The position numbers were made by a program, and so were the translations under genes. Shown piece by piece: positions 32,645 to 42,317 of a DNA stretch of 64,000 nt. Position 1 is the first letter of the stretch. Every line of letters starts with the position of its first letter. The DNA is from an uncultured Eubacteriales bacterium (lineage in GTDB: Bacteria; Actinomycetota; Coriobacteriia; Anaerosomatales; CAVRZR01), in assembly GCA_964354215.1 (NCBI GenBank), contig CAYGYT010000001.1:11199-75198 (forward strand), written 5' to 3'. A model generated the notes under the pieces. It was given only the letters and a program-made list of their open reading frames with translations. It searched no databases and was not told the DNA's origin.

Positions 32645-33379
32645 GTGACGGACCGGGCCGAAAGAGACGCAAGCGGCGAGAACGCCCACGCGAGACCGGG
32701 CGGCGAGAACCCGGCCACGAGCGACGCGGCGGCCGTACTCGCGCATGAACTGCGCGGGCCACTCACGGTCGTGAGCGGATACCTCGACCTGCTGGGACGC
32801 GCACAAGACCCTCAGGCACGCGAGTACGCTCTCGGTGCGGCCCACCGAGCTGTCAGGCGCATGGATGCTTTGATCGACGACGTGCTGGAGTCCTTCGACG
32901 GTGCGGCTGCAACGCCTAGACCTCTCCAGGCCGTGAATCTCGGCTGCCTCCTCGAGTCACTCATAGCCGACGTGCCCGCCTATCGCTCGAGAGTGGTGCT
33001 CCACGCCGCATTCGTCTGCCGCGCGCAGGCTGACGAATTGCGTCTCACGCGTGCCATCTCCAACGTGCTCGACAACGCGCTCAAGTTCTCGCCTGCCGGG
33101 ACTCGCGTGCGCGTCACCCTCCGCGAGGAAGGCGAACGGGTCGCCGTAGTGGTCGAGGACGAGGGGCCCGGCATTCCCCCGAGAGATGCGGACCGCCTCA
33201 AAGGACGCTTCGAGCGGCTCGCGCGCGACGACGCCGTACCCGGCGCCGGCATCGGGCTCGGCGTGACGGTCGACCTGATCGAAGGCATGGGTGGCACGGT
33301 CCAGATCGGCAACCGCACGCACCAGGTTGGTGCTCGGATCGAGCTGCGCCTGCCTGCTGCGTCGAAGGAGCTTCGCTAG
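32645..33379 (+). CDS. Soluble orphan histidine kinase (HisKA plus HATPase_c only)
   Basis: H-box AHELRGPLTVVSGYLDLL, N-box NVLDNALKFSPAG, G1 DEGPGIP and G2 GAGIGLGV. No TM or sensor domain and no adjacent response regulator. Confidence 0.85.
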   Translation: MTDRAERDASGENAHARPGGENPATSDAAAVLAHELRGPLTVVSGYLDLLGRAQDPQAREYALGAAHRAVRRMDALIDDVLESFDGAAATPRPLQAVNLGCLLESLIADVPAYRSRVVLHAAFVCRAQADELRLTRAISNVLDNALKFSPAGTRVRVTLREEGERVAVVVEDEGPGIPPRDADRLKGRFERLARDDAVPGAGIGLGVTVDLIEGMGGTVQIGNRTHQVGARIELRLPAASKELR

Positions 33380-34365
33380 CCGGCTCGTGCGCTCCCCGGT
33401 GCGTCGCGGTCTTCCAGTGCCCAGCTCACGAGCCTCATGCAGAGCTCGGGGAACTCGATGCCCGCGGCGCGGGCCGCATCCGGCAGCAGGCTCGTCGAGG
33501 TCATGCCCGGAATCGTGTTCAACTCCAGCAGATAGACGCGGCCGTCCTCGGCAACGATGGTGTCCGATCGCGACATGCCTCGGCAGCCAAACAGACGATG
33601 CGCTTCGAGAGAGAGCCGCTGGCACTCCTCGCGAATCGCGTCGCTCACGCGCGCCGGGATGATGTGGCGACTCATTCCCGGCACGTACTTGCTGTCGTAG
33701 TCGTAGAACTCGTGTTCCGGAACGATCTCAAGGGTCGGGAGCGGGAAAGGCTCGCGCGTGCCGAGGACCCCCACCGTGACCTCAACCCCTGCAACGAATC
33801 GCTCGACGAGCACGCTCTCGTCGTACCGGAACGCTTCTTCGATACCCGCCGGGAGCTCGTCGGGGTTGTGCGCGATGGTGACGCCGATCGCCGATCCCTC
33901 GTTCGCGGGCTTGACAACCGTCTTCGGGCCAAGCTCTGCGGTGATACGCGCCGCATCCCACGCCTCACCCGCTTGCAGCGTCACGTACTCCGGGCTGGCG
34001 AGCCCCGCCTGGGCAAACAGGTGCTTGGACACGACCTTGTCCATCGCTAGCGCACTCGCGAGGACGCCCGATCCCACGTACGGCATCCCGAGAAGCTCGA
34101 GCAGCCCTTGCACCGTGCCGTCTTCGCCGAAGCGGCCGTGGAGGGCGATGAAGCAAACGTCAGCCGGTGAATCCTCGAGGCGCCTGATGAAGCCCGGCTC
34201 GCCAGCGTCGATGGTCTCCACCGATACGCCGAGCGAAGCGAGGGCATTGGCAACCTGCCGACCCGTGTTGAGCGACACCTCGCGCTCCGCCGAACGGCCG
34301 CCCATGAGCACGGCGACGCGCACGTTGGCCGCCCCCGAACGGGCCGATTCCGGGTCGTGATCCAT
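33376..34365 (-). CDS. ddl: D-alanine--D-alanine ligase
   Basis: VAVLMGGRSAEREVSLNTG, FIALHGRFGEDGTVQGLLE, ATP-grasp core and LELNTIPGMT. Start set at ATG 34365. Confidence 0.92.
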   Translation of the reverse strand: MDHDPESARSGAANVRVAVLMGGRSAEREVSLNTGRQVANALASLGVSVETIDAGEPGFIRRLEDSPADVCFIALHGRFGEDGTVQGLLELLGMPYVGSGVLASALAMDKVVSKHLFAQAGLASPEYVTLQAGEAWDAARITAELGPKTVVKPANEGSAIGVTIAHNPDELPAGIEEAFRYDESVLVERFVAGVEVTVGVLGTREPFPLPTLEIVPEHEFYDYDSKYVPGMSRHIIPARVSDAIREECQRLSLEAHRLFGCRGMSRSDTIVAEDGRVYLLELNTIPGMTSTSLLPDAARAAGIEFPELCMRLVSWALEDRDAPGSARAG

Positions 34366-34382
34366 GCGTCTCCCGAGTCCTT

Positions 34383-35081
34383 CTACCGCAGATGGCCGAA
34401 CCGAACCGTGTCGACGACGACGAGCATCGTCCACCATAGCGCGACGCCGCCAAGCGTCGCGAGCGCGCCCTTGAGAAGCGCCTCCGTGAACAGGCCGTCA
34501 TGCGAGGCGCCGCTCGAGCGCAGGAGCGCCGCAAGCCACACGGCCACGACGAGGAGGGGGCCGGCTGCTGTCAAGCCTAGCCCCACGATGACCATGCGCG
34601 CGTACAGCCCCGAGGCGTAGACGACATCCCCGGTCGGGGTCTCCATCAGGAGCCAGCCCGCGATGCCACAAAGCGAGATCCACACGGCGAAGTAGGCGAC
34701 GAACGGCCAGCTCGGAGTGTGTGTGCGCGACAGCCCTGCCGCGGGGGACAGCGCCGAAGCGGAACCGCCAGCTGCACCTTCGGAGGAGGCGTCGGGAGTC
34801 GTGACGCCGTCGGCGGGGGGCGCATCGCTATCAGTGGGTTCTGAGATCGGGACGGTGACATCCGGATCGGCGGTCAGCGCGGTAGCCTCGGACAAGCCGG
34901 GCTCGGCGTAGACGGGCTCGGCGTCGACGGGCTCGGTGTCGACGGGCTCGTCAGCGTCCAACGACGCTACTATCGCGAGCAGATCGGCCGGCGGAGTGTC
35001 CACAGCTGACGCCGATGGGGTATCCAACGCCTGTGCGATATCGGATCCGGGCGACTCGGTCAAAATGGCAGTCCTCGGCAA
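34383..35081 (-). CDS. Hypothetical membrane protein with acidic low-complexity N-terminal half
   Basis: Four hydrophobic helices in the C-terminal half. Start codon uncertain (TTG 35081 per track). Confidence 0.5.
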   Translation of the reverse strand: MPRTAILTESPGSDIAQALDTPSASAVDTPPADLLAIVASLDADEPVDTEPVDAEPVYAEPGLSEATALTADPDVTVPISEPTDSDAPPADGVTTPDASSEGAAGGSASALSPAAGLSRTHTPSWPFVAYFAVWISLCGIAGWLLMETPTGDVVYASGLYARMVIVGLGLTAAGPLLVVAVWLAALLRSSGASHDGLFTEALLKGALATLGGVALWWTMLVVVDTVRFGHLR

Positions 35082-35178
35082 GTGTGCTGGTTTGATGCAT
35101 TTTCACACATCGGTACCGCATCTGCTTCCAGCATGCGCGAAGGTCGATTGTGCGTAACCAAAGCGATGAGGTGGAACC

Positions 35179-36570
35179 ATGGACGACGTGAACCCCGAGT
35201 TTGATTCCGCGCCGGACTCACAGGCGCCGTCAGTGCCCGCAGCGCCCGCTCCCGACGCCTACGGCGCACCACAGGCCGAACCAGTGCCGCCGGCGCAGAG
35301 CGAGGAGCAGGCGGCCAGCCCTGCCTACGCCGAACCCGCGATGTACTCGCCGCCCGTCCAAACGGGGGCGGCCGCGCCTGTTCCTGCAGCGGCTCCACGC
35401 TCGGGGGTGGGAGCGGCGATAGCCGTGGCCATAGTGGTCGCGCTGTTCGTCGGCGCGATGGCGGGTGCCGCCGCCGGATTCGCAGGCGCCCAGCTCGCTC
35501 GTGGCAATGCGCTCCTTCGGCCTGCCAAAGTGACGGTCGTCCCTTCGAAGACCTCCGAGCCGGTCGTTGCGGCGGCTGCGGCGGCTGTTCCGAGCGTCGT
35601 GAACATCGACGTGAGCGGATCGGCTGAGTCCCAGTCGCAGAACGACAGGAACCTGCCTAGGGACCACCCGAACGTTCCGTTGAGAGGGAACGGCTCCGGA
35701 GTGGCCTACAAGGCGGCACCTGATGGCGGCACCTACATCATCACGAACAACCACGTGGTCGAGAACGCCACGAGCATCGTGGTCCGCGACGCTGCCGGGG
35801 CTCGACACGACGCGAAGCTCGTCGGCCGTGACCCGGAGACCGATATCGCCGTCGTACGGGTGTCGGGCAAGGTGCCGGGAATCCAGCTCGGTGACTCGAA
35901 TGGTGTTCAGGTCGGCCAGCTAGTCGTCGCCATCGGCTCCCCGTTCGGGCTCGAGCACTCGGTCACGTCCGGCGTGGTCTCCGCGCTCGGGCGATCGCTG
36001 CCGGACTTCACTGGCAGCTCAAACGGGGTGTATCCGCTTGTGAACGTAATCCAGACCGACGCAGCCATCAACCCGGGCAATTCCGGTGGAGCCTTGGTCG
36101 ATCGCACTGGGCGTCTTGTGGGCATCAATACCGCCATCTATTCCGAGAGCGGCGCCAGCGGCGGAGTCGGTTTCGCCATTCCGGTAGACACGGCGCAGCG
36201 CGTGGCCGAAGAGCTCATCCGCGGCGGCAAGGTCCAGCACCCGTTCCTCGGTGTGGTGGGCCAGACAGTAGACGATCAGCTCGCCAAGGAAGAGAAGCTC
36301 AACGTGAGCGAGGGCGCCTTCGTTGTCGATCTGACACCCGGCACGAACGCCGTGAAGGCCGGCATCAAGAAGGGCGACGTGATCGTCTCGCTTGAGGAGA
36401 CGCCCATCCGCTCGATGGACGATCTCATCCTTCAGGTGCGCAGGCGCGACGTCGGCGATACGGTCTCCGTCGGGCTCGTGCGAGACGGCGAGAAGATGAC
36501 TGTAGACATGACGGTCGGGTCCAAGCCGGCGAACCTAGACACGAGCCAGCCGACAACCAGCACGCCGTAG
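35179..36570 (+). CDS. htrA: HtrA/DegP-family serine protease with PDZ domain
   Basis: Catalytic triad context (TNNHVV, DIAV, NPGNSGGALVD) plus a C-terminal PDZ domain. N-terminal Pro/Ala-rich region and TM helix. Confidence 0.9.
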   Translation: MDDVNPEFDSAPDSQAPSVPAAPAPDAYGAPQAEPVPPAQSEEQAASPAYAEPAMYSPPVQTGAAAPVPAAAPRSGVGAAIAVAIVVALFVGAMAGAAAGFAGAQLARGNALLRPAKVTVVPSKTSEPVVAAAAAAVPSVVNIDVSGSAESQSQNDRNLPRDHPNVPLRGNGSGVAYKAAPDGGTYIITNNHVVENATSIVVRDAAGARHDAKLVGRDPETDIAVVRVSGKVPGIQLGDSNGVQVGQLVVAIGSPFGLEHSVTSGVVSALGRSLPDFTGSSNGVYPLVNVIQTDAAINPGNSGGALVDRTGRLVGINTAIYSESGASGGVGFAIPVDTAQRVAEELIRGGKVQHPFLGVVGQTVDDQLAKEEKLNVSEGAFVVDLTPGTNAVKAGIKKGDVIVSLEETPIRSMDDLILQVRRRDVGDTVSVGLVRDGEKMTVDMTVGSKPANLDTSQPTTSTP

Positions 36571-36610
36571 CCCCGCAGGAATCCAGACACGCAGCGGTGC
36601 CGCGGGGGCG

Positions 36611-37966
36611 CTATGCCTTCTTGCGGCGCGAGCGCAAGAAGGCGACGAGCCCGATCACGAGAGCGCCGAGAACTGCAACGGCCAAGACGGCCGGCAGCGC
36701 GCTGTTCCACTTCTCGGTCGCAGAATCGGACGTCTTTTCGCCTTCAACGGGCGCCGCTGAAGACCGCACGACCTGCTCGGCTGTGGCCATCTGGGTGGTT
36801 GGGTTCTCGACCTCGGCCTTCTCGGCAAGTTCCTCAGGCAGCGAGCGGTAGTTGAGGGTCGCAACGATCGTGGCCGAGGGCTGGTCGGGCATCGTGATGG
36901 TGTAGGTCTGGGTAACGGACGCCTGGGGCGGGATCCTGTCATCGGAGTGGACGCCGGTGGCCTCCCAGAGCTCCACCGGGTGCCGCCCCTTGTCGTCCTT
37001 CAGCACGGTTCCGAACTGGCGGGTACCGAGCGCCGTCTCCTTGCCGTCCGGCCCTGCTGCGGTCACGTCCAGCCACATCTGGCGCACCTCGGTAAGCCCG
37101 GTGGGCAAGTAGTGTCCCGCGCCCACGTTGGTGATCGTCACGGTCACCAACGCCGAGGCGCCCGGGGCAAGGATCTCCGGGGCATCGAGGCGCATCTCGG
37201 CTGCAGCCTTGAGGTTTGCGGTCGCGCGCTCCGCGTCACCCTGGCCCACGTTGCCCCCCACGAAGGTCATCGTGTAGATGTGCTCGCGCTGAGGGCCGCC
37301 TGCTGCGGCCTTGCCGGGATTGGGCTTCGTCACGCCGGGGCCCGGGGTCATGTGGCAGTCCTGGCAGACGACTCCAGCCTTCGCGTACGGGCCGTTCTTC
37401 CATTCTGAGTACGAGGACTCGAGGTGCATGCCGTTCACGGGATGGTCGACGTTGTGGCACGCGCCGCAGAACTCAGCCGACTCGTGGAACGCCGAGTAGG
37501 CGGTCGCGTGGACCGGAGAGACGGCGTCTTTGAGCTGGGCCCTCTTGGTTCCATCGAGTTTCAGGATCTGCGAGGTGTTGGACGGCGGCATAGTAGTACC
37601 TACCACTTGATGACAGAAGTCGCAGAAGACGCCCTGCGCCGATTGAGGAGAGAGCTTGCCGGTCGCGGCCTCTCCCGACATCACGGCCACGGGACCGTGG
37701 CAGGTGTCGCAGAATGCGCCCAGCTTCCCGTCGGTGGCCTTGTTCGCCTCGGCCTTCTTGGCCTGGTACGCCGGGTCGGCGAGTGCCTTGGCGTGCATCG
37801 TGACACTCCACTGGCTCAACAGTCCCGCGTGACAGCCGCAGGCCTCAGCGGGCTTGAAGGCCCTGGACGGCGCGTTTGGTAGTGCGCCAGCCCCCTGGAC
37901 CGCGCTCAGACAACCGATCAGAACAACCGCACTCGCTATGCACAGCTGAAACCGAATCGGCCTCAT
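36611..37966 (-). CDS. Multihaem c-type cytochrome, signal peptide plus C-terminal TM anchor (4 CxxCH and 1 CxCH)
   Basis: ACGCH (37829-37840), CDTCH, CDFCH, CGACH and CQDCH. C-terminal LPAVLAVAVLGALVIGLVAFLRSRRKK. Start set at MRPIRF (37966). Confidence 0.85.
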   Translation of the reverse strand: MRPIRFQLCIASAVVLIGCLSAVQGAGALPNAPSRAFKPAEACGCHAGLLSQWSVTMHAKALADPAYQAKKAEANKATDGKLGAFCDTCHGPVAVMSGEAATGKLSPQSAQGVFCDFCHQVVGTTMPPSNTSQILKLDGTKRAQLKDAVSPVHATAYSAFHESAEFCGACHNVDHPVNGMHLESSYSEWKNGPYAKAGVVCQDCHMTPGPGVTKPNPGKAAAGGPQREHIYTMTFVGGNVGQGDAERATANLKAAAEMRLDAPEILAPGASALVTVTITNVGAGHYLPTGLTEVRQMWLDVTAAGPDGKETALGTRQFGTVLKDDKGRHPVELWEATGVHSDDRIPPQASVTQTYTITMPDQPSATIVATLNYRSLPEELAEKAEVENPTTQMATAEQVVRSSAAPVEGEKTSDSATEKWNSALPAVLAVAVLGALVIGLVAFLRSRRKKA

Positions 37967-38190
37967 GTCTGTGCCAGACGAGGCACGCTCGGTGATTCCG
38001 ATCTTCTCAGACGCCGTCGTAGTGCGCGCACGGCACCAGCGCGCGAAGGGTATGACTGTCACCGTCCGTCCTTTCCGAACGCGGACCCGATGTCACTCAT
38101 GGTACACGGTGCGCAAATCCGCAGGAAGGGCGCTTGCCTCGCCGCAAACTCCGGGTTCACGCCCGCCCCGACCACGTCATCCGCTGACGG

Positions 38191-40113
38191 CTAGGGGGGT
38201 GCCAACCAGACGTCGAAGGCCAGGTCGCCGGAGAGTGGAAGAGCCAATCGCGCACGTCCGTCCTCGTTCGTCGCGGGGAGGGCCGCGTCCGAGGCGGTCA
38301 GTCGCGCATTCACGCGCGATATCCTCCAACCAGGTGGAGGCGCGACCGTGACCGTCATGGGGATGTCCTCGAGGTCCGCTTGTCTCGCGACGAAGAGCCG
38401 GTAGGACGGGGCGGCGCTCGGCGCCCGTGGCGAGCCCTCTCCGTTCGGGACGGACGACGAAGGATCGCCGGTGGCACCGCCGGTTCTCCACGCGACGGGG
38501 ACGTGGCTGACCACCGTCTCCGTGTGGGTCCGTCCTCGAAGGACCGAGAACGAGCGGCCCTCGGTCGGGAGCCCGGACTCAACGGTGCCGTGGCCTCCGC
38601 CGTCCGACGCGAACACCGTGCCCGGTGCCCGGGAGACGCGCAGCCAGTCGTCGAAGGAGTTGCGCCCGGCCAGCGCATAGGGCCCCCTGTTCGAGTACCC
38701 GAGGACAAGCGTCGACTCCGCCGAGCGGTCGGGCATGAGAGCGACCTCGTAGTCGATGGTCTTCTTCATGGCCATGTTGATCTTGCTGCCGAGGTTCATC
38801 GCGTTGGAGATGACGAGGAGATCCGTTGCGCCGCCAGACGGAGCGATCCGCCCCGACCACCCCAGAGCGACGACCGCCTCCTCCGCTCCGGGATCCGTGA
38901 AGTAGAGCTGCACGTGCTTGGCGTCGGCGGCCTTCGCCAGGGCCTGCGCTGCCTTGGCCAGTTCCCCCGGGCTAGCGCCGAGCACCCGCCGCTCGAGTTC
39001 CCCAGCGAGTGCAACGAGTACGTCCTTCCTGCCCTCGCCCCCCTTCACCATCGTGTAGTACAGCAGACGAGTGAGCAGGTTCTCGGGCGTGAACGTCTCG
39101 GAGAAGCTCTGCACCCCTATCGGGCCGAGAGCCTCCAAGAGGTACTGCATCGCGACCGTGTCCACGACGACGACGCCGTCGATCGGAGGTTGATCGTAGT
39201 CCCGCCAGAACCCGAGCATAGCGCGCGCACTCGTGGGGAAGTCGATCCACCAGTTCGCTTCTCGGAGTCCGAACTCGCTGGTCAGGGCTGCTTTGGGAGG
39301 TCGCGTGAAACCATCAGGCACGTAGGGCATCAGGAAGACGTCCCGATAGGGCGGGTCCGGCAGCGTGTAGATGTCTCGCCACTTGTCGAGTCTGACACCC
39401 GTCGGACCCACCTCGATGATGCCGTAGCTGCCGGAGAACCCCCCCGTGGGTCTCAGTTCCGCGCCGTTCTGGGAGACGACCAGGATTCGGTGCGTGGACG
39501 ACAGCAGGTACCTCTCCAGCGGCAACAGAGCGCGGAATCGGTCCAGGGACGGGGCGGCGCGTCGGAGTGCAGCCTTGGCCGAACGGACCTGCTTGGTCAG
39601 TGGCGGCACCAGACCGCGCTCGTCCAGGGCCGCGACCCGGTCGGCCACGTCGACGAGCGCGGCGAGTGCGGTTTCGACGCGCCGGCGTCTGTTCTCGAGC
39701 AACGAGCTGAGGCCGCTCGTCGGGCTTGCTCCCGCTCTATTGGCGGGCACCTGCTGAAGTGCCGCCGCCAACTCGGCGCCGGCGGTCGAGGCGCGCAGCC
39801 CGAGCACCACGAGCGCCTGCGCCGTGGAATACTGACGCCCAACCAGAGGGACCGCGCCCACCGCTTCGCCGAGCCAGTCGGGCCCGAGCATCCCTTGTGC
39901 GCGAGAGAAGCTCCGCTTGGCGGCGCCGAATTGCGACACCGCTCCGGTCGCATCGAGAGACGCGAGACGTGTGGCAGCGGCCGCGGCCTCGGCCTTCCCC
40001 TTCTTCGCCACGCTCGCGAGACCGGCTGCCCACCCGTATGCCCCCGCCACGAGCACGATCACGAGCGCGGCAACGGCGGTCACGATGATGGCCGAGCGGA
40101 TCGGACGCTTCAT
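38191..40113 (-). CDS. DUF4012-domain single-pass membrane protein
   Basis: N-terminal TM AIIVTAVAALVIVLVAGAYGW. The ILVVSQNGAELRPTGGFSGSYGIIEV block is typical of DUF4012. Confidence 0.7.
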   Translation of the reverse strand: MKRPIRSAIIVTAVAALVIVLVAGAYGWAAGLASVAKKGKAEAAAAATRLASLDATGAVSQFGAAKRSFSRAQGMLGPDWLGEAVGAVPLVGRQYSTAQALVVLGLRASTAGAELAAALQQVPANRAGASPTSGLSSLLENRRRRVETALAALVDVADRVAALDERGLVPPLTKQVRSAKAALRRAAPSLDRFRALLPLERYLLSSTHRILVVSQNGAELRPTGGFSGSYGIIEVGPTGVRLDKWRDIYTLPDPPYRDVFLMPYVPDGFTRPPKAALTSEFGLREANWWIDFPTSARAMLGFWRDYDQPPIDGVVVVDTVAMQYLLEALGPIGVQSFSETFTPENLLTRLLYYTMVKGGEGRKDVLVALAGELERRVLGASPGELAKAAQALAKAADAKHVQLYFTDPGAEEAVVALGWSGRIAPSGGATDLLVISNAMNLGSKINMAMKKTIDYEVALMPDRSAESTLVLGYSNRGPYALAGRNSFDDWLRVSRAPGTVFASDGGGHGTVESGLPTEGRSFSVLRGRTHTETVVSHVPVAWRTGGATGDPSSSVPNGEGSPRAPSAAPSYRLFVARQADLEDIPMTVTVAPPPGWRISRVNARLTASDAALPATNEDGRARLALPLSGDLAFDVWLAPP

Positions 40114-40242
40114 GTTCCTAGGGTACAGCCGCCTGCTCCTCGTCGCGCTCATCCGCTCGACACCGGGAGCCCCTGACACCGCGGGAGCGACGCCGGGGGC
40201 AGAAGAGCTAGGCGCCCCCGCACCCTGGATGACAGCGGGACA

Positions 40243-41673
40243 CTACCTCGTGCGGTCACCGCCGAAGTACTCGGGGACCGTCCGCACCTTCCTGCGGCGT
40301 CGACGCCGGACAAGGGCGAAGACGACTCCCGCAACAATCAACGCGCCGAGCAGCGCCGCGGCTCCTGCAAGCAGCTGCGAGGTGCTCACGCTCGCTCCGC
40401 GCTCGGCCCGACGTTTCGCCTGTTTCGACCCGTAGACCACCTTCTGAGCGCGTGCCATCTCGGTCACGGGGTTCTCGACTCGCGCCTTCTTTGCCATCTC
40501 CTCCGGGAACGACTTGTAGTTCAGGACTGCTTCTACCGCTACGCCGCCCTCGGTTGTCATCGGGAACGCATACGTGGAGTGCACGGCGTTCTTGGGCGGG
40601 ATTCGGTCGTCTGACTGAACAGCCACCGCGTCCCAGAGCTGGACGGGGTAGCGTCCCTCGGCGTCTCGGTACACCGTCCCGAACTGACGACGGCCCAGCA
40701 GTCGCTTCGCCCCATCGGGAGAGACCGCGTTCACCTCGAGCCACATCTGGCGGATCTCCGCGACTCCCGCCGGGATGTAGTGTCCGGCCCCGACGTTCGC
40801 GACGGTGACCTTCACCGATCCGGTCGTTCCGGGCTCGACCACGTCGGACGCCTCGAGCGAGACCCGTGCGGCAGCTTTGAGGTTCATGCGCGCCCGGGGG
40901 GCGTTGCCCAGGGGCACGTTCGCGCCGACGAAGTTCATGAGGTAGACGAAGTTCCGGATCGGTCCCATGGGGGCGGCCCGGCCAACGGTCGGCCCTCCGC
41001 CTGGCCGAGCGCTCATGTGGCAGTCCTGACACACAATGCCGAGGGCCGCGTAGGGCCCCGCTTTCCACTCGGGGTAGGTCGTGTCGAGCATGACCCCCGT
41101 GGTGGGGTGCTTGAGTGTATGGCACGCGCCACAGAACTCCGCGCTCGTGTGGAACTTGGAGAAGGCGTTCTTGTGAGTCGGCGCCGACGAATCGGGGTAC
41201 TGGGCTCGCTTCGTGCCGTTGGCCCGCAGCTTCTGAGAGGCGTTTCGTATCGGCTTCTTCGTGCCGGTGACCTGGTGGCAGAAGTCGCAGGTCACTCCCT
41301 CCTTGCTCTGAGGAGAGAGCTTCGACTCGCCTTTCGTCTGCCCCGCCATAGTTCCGATAGGCGTGTGGCAGGTGTCGCAGAACGTACCGAGGCTCCCGCC
41401 CGTGGCTTTGTTGGCCTCTTGCTTCTTGACCACGTACACGGGGTCGTAGAGAGCCTTCGCGTGCATCGACAGAGCCCATTCGTCACGCTGCTGCCCATGG
41501 CACGTGCAGGAGGTGGCGGGCTGGAAGCGTTTCGCAGGGATGTCTGGCAGCGCCTCGGCCTGCTGCGGCAGCATGCAGAGGAGTACCGAGGCGATCGCAC
41601 ACGCGGAGACGACCGCGCCGGCTCGAATCGCTCGCAGAGTGGGGCGGGGAGGTGTGCTGGTGGTTCGTGCCAT
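40243..41673 (-). CDS. Multihaem c-type cytochrome, paralogue of 36611-37966 (4 CxxCH and 1 CxCH, C-terminal anchor)
   Basis: SCTCH (41497-41508), CDTCH, CDFCH, CGACH and CQDCH. C-terminal LLAGAAALLGALIVAGVVFALVRRRRRRK. GGAGG RBS before ATG 41673. Confidence 0.85.
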   Translation of the reverse strand: MARTTSTPPRPTLRAIRAGAVVSACAIASVLLCMLPQQAEALPDIPAKRFQPATSCTCHGQQRDEWALSMHAKALYDPVYVVKKQEANKATGGSLGTFCDTCHTPIGTMAGQTKGESKLSPQSKEGVTCDFCHQVTGTKKPIRNASQKLRANGTKRAQYPDSSAPTHKNAFSKFHTSAEFCGACHTLKHPTTGVMLDTTYPEWKAGPYAALGIVCQDCHMSARPGGGPTVGRAAPMGPIRNFVYLMNFVGANVPLGNAPRARMNLKAAARVSLEASDVVEPGTTGSVKVTVANVGAGHYIPAGVAEIRQMWLEVNAVSPDGAKRLLGRRQFGTVYRDAEGRYPVQLWDAVAVQSDDRIPPKNAVHSTYAFPMTTEGGVAVEAVLNYKSFPEEMAKKARVENPVTEMARAQKVVYGSKQAKRRAERGASVSTSQLLAGAAALLGALIVAGVVFALVRRRRRRKVRTVPEYFGGDRTR

Positions 41674-41750
41674 CCGTCGCCTCCAAGCGCCGGTCGCCCG
41701 TTTGCCCCACAAACAGGCTACCTGAAGTCCACCCCGTCGTCCTACTGCAC

Positions 41751-41780
41751 GAAGACCCCAGCGGTACCGCCGGGGTCTTC
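41751..41780 (-). terminator. Strong hairpin between the small anchored protein gene and cytochrome paralogue 2 (no clear U-tract)
   Basis: gaagacccc / ggggtcttc 9-bp stem with a 12-nt loop. Confidence 0.35.
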
Positions 41781-41806
41781 GGATTCTCGACTCGGGCTGA
41801 GAGACG

Positions 41807-42127
41807 TCAGGCAGGGGCTCCGGTCTTTCGGCTGGCCAGAACACCCCAGACGACGATCGCGACGATCGCGACGAGCGACGAGACTGCCCAAAACAGGTTC
41901 AGCAGGTCGCCCTCCTTGCTCCACGGCGTCGTGGCCTTCGCCTCGGCCGCAGTCGCGTCGGGCGGAGCCTCGGGCAACACGATGAGCGGGGCCACGACCA
42001 CGACTTTCTTCGCAGCCGTGGTGGCCGCGGTCGTCGTGGGCGTGGCCGTAGCGGCAAACCCTGCTGCAGGCAGCGTGAAGGTCAGGAGCACGAGCAGGCA
42101 CGCGAGTGTGAGCAGTACGCGCTTCAT
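41807..42127 (-). CDS. Small secreted protein with Thr/Ala-rich spacer and C-terminal TM anchor
   Basis: Signal peptide MKRVLLTLACLLVLLTFTLPAAGFA, C-terminal LFWAVSSLVAIVAIVVWGVLA, and GGAGGT RBS. Confidence 0.65.
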   Translation of the reverse strand: MKRVLLTLACLLVLLTFTLPAAGFAATATPTTTAATTAAKKVVVVAPLIVLPEAPPDATAAEAKATTPWSKEGDLLNLFWAVSSLVAIVAIVVWGVLASRKTGAPA

Positions 42128-42317
42128 GAATGACCTCCGGCGCCGCTGGGGCCGCTATCCTGGTGCGACCGTTCGTGGCCGACGATACCACACCCTCGGA
42201 CGCTCTTCCCACCCTCTAACTGCGGGCTCCGTGCACGCGTGCGGGTCGCGCCGTTGGCGGGGATGGGGTAGAAACGTCTCGATAGGAAACCACGGCCACT
42301 GAGAGGATGGTGCACGC

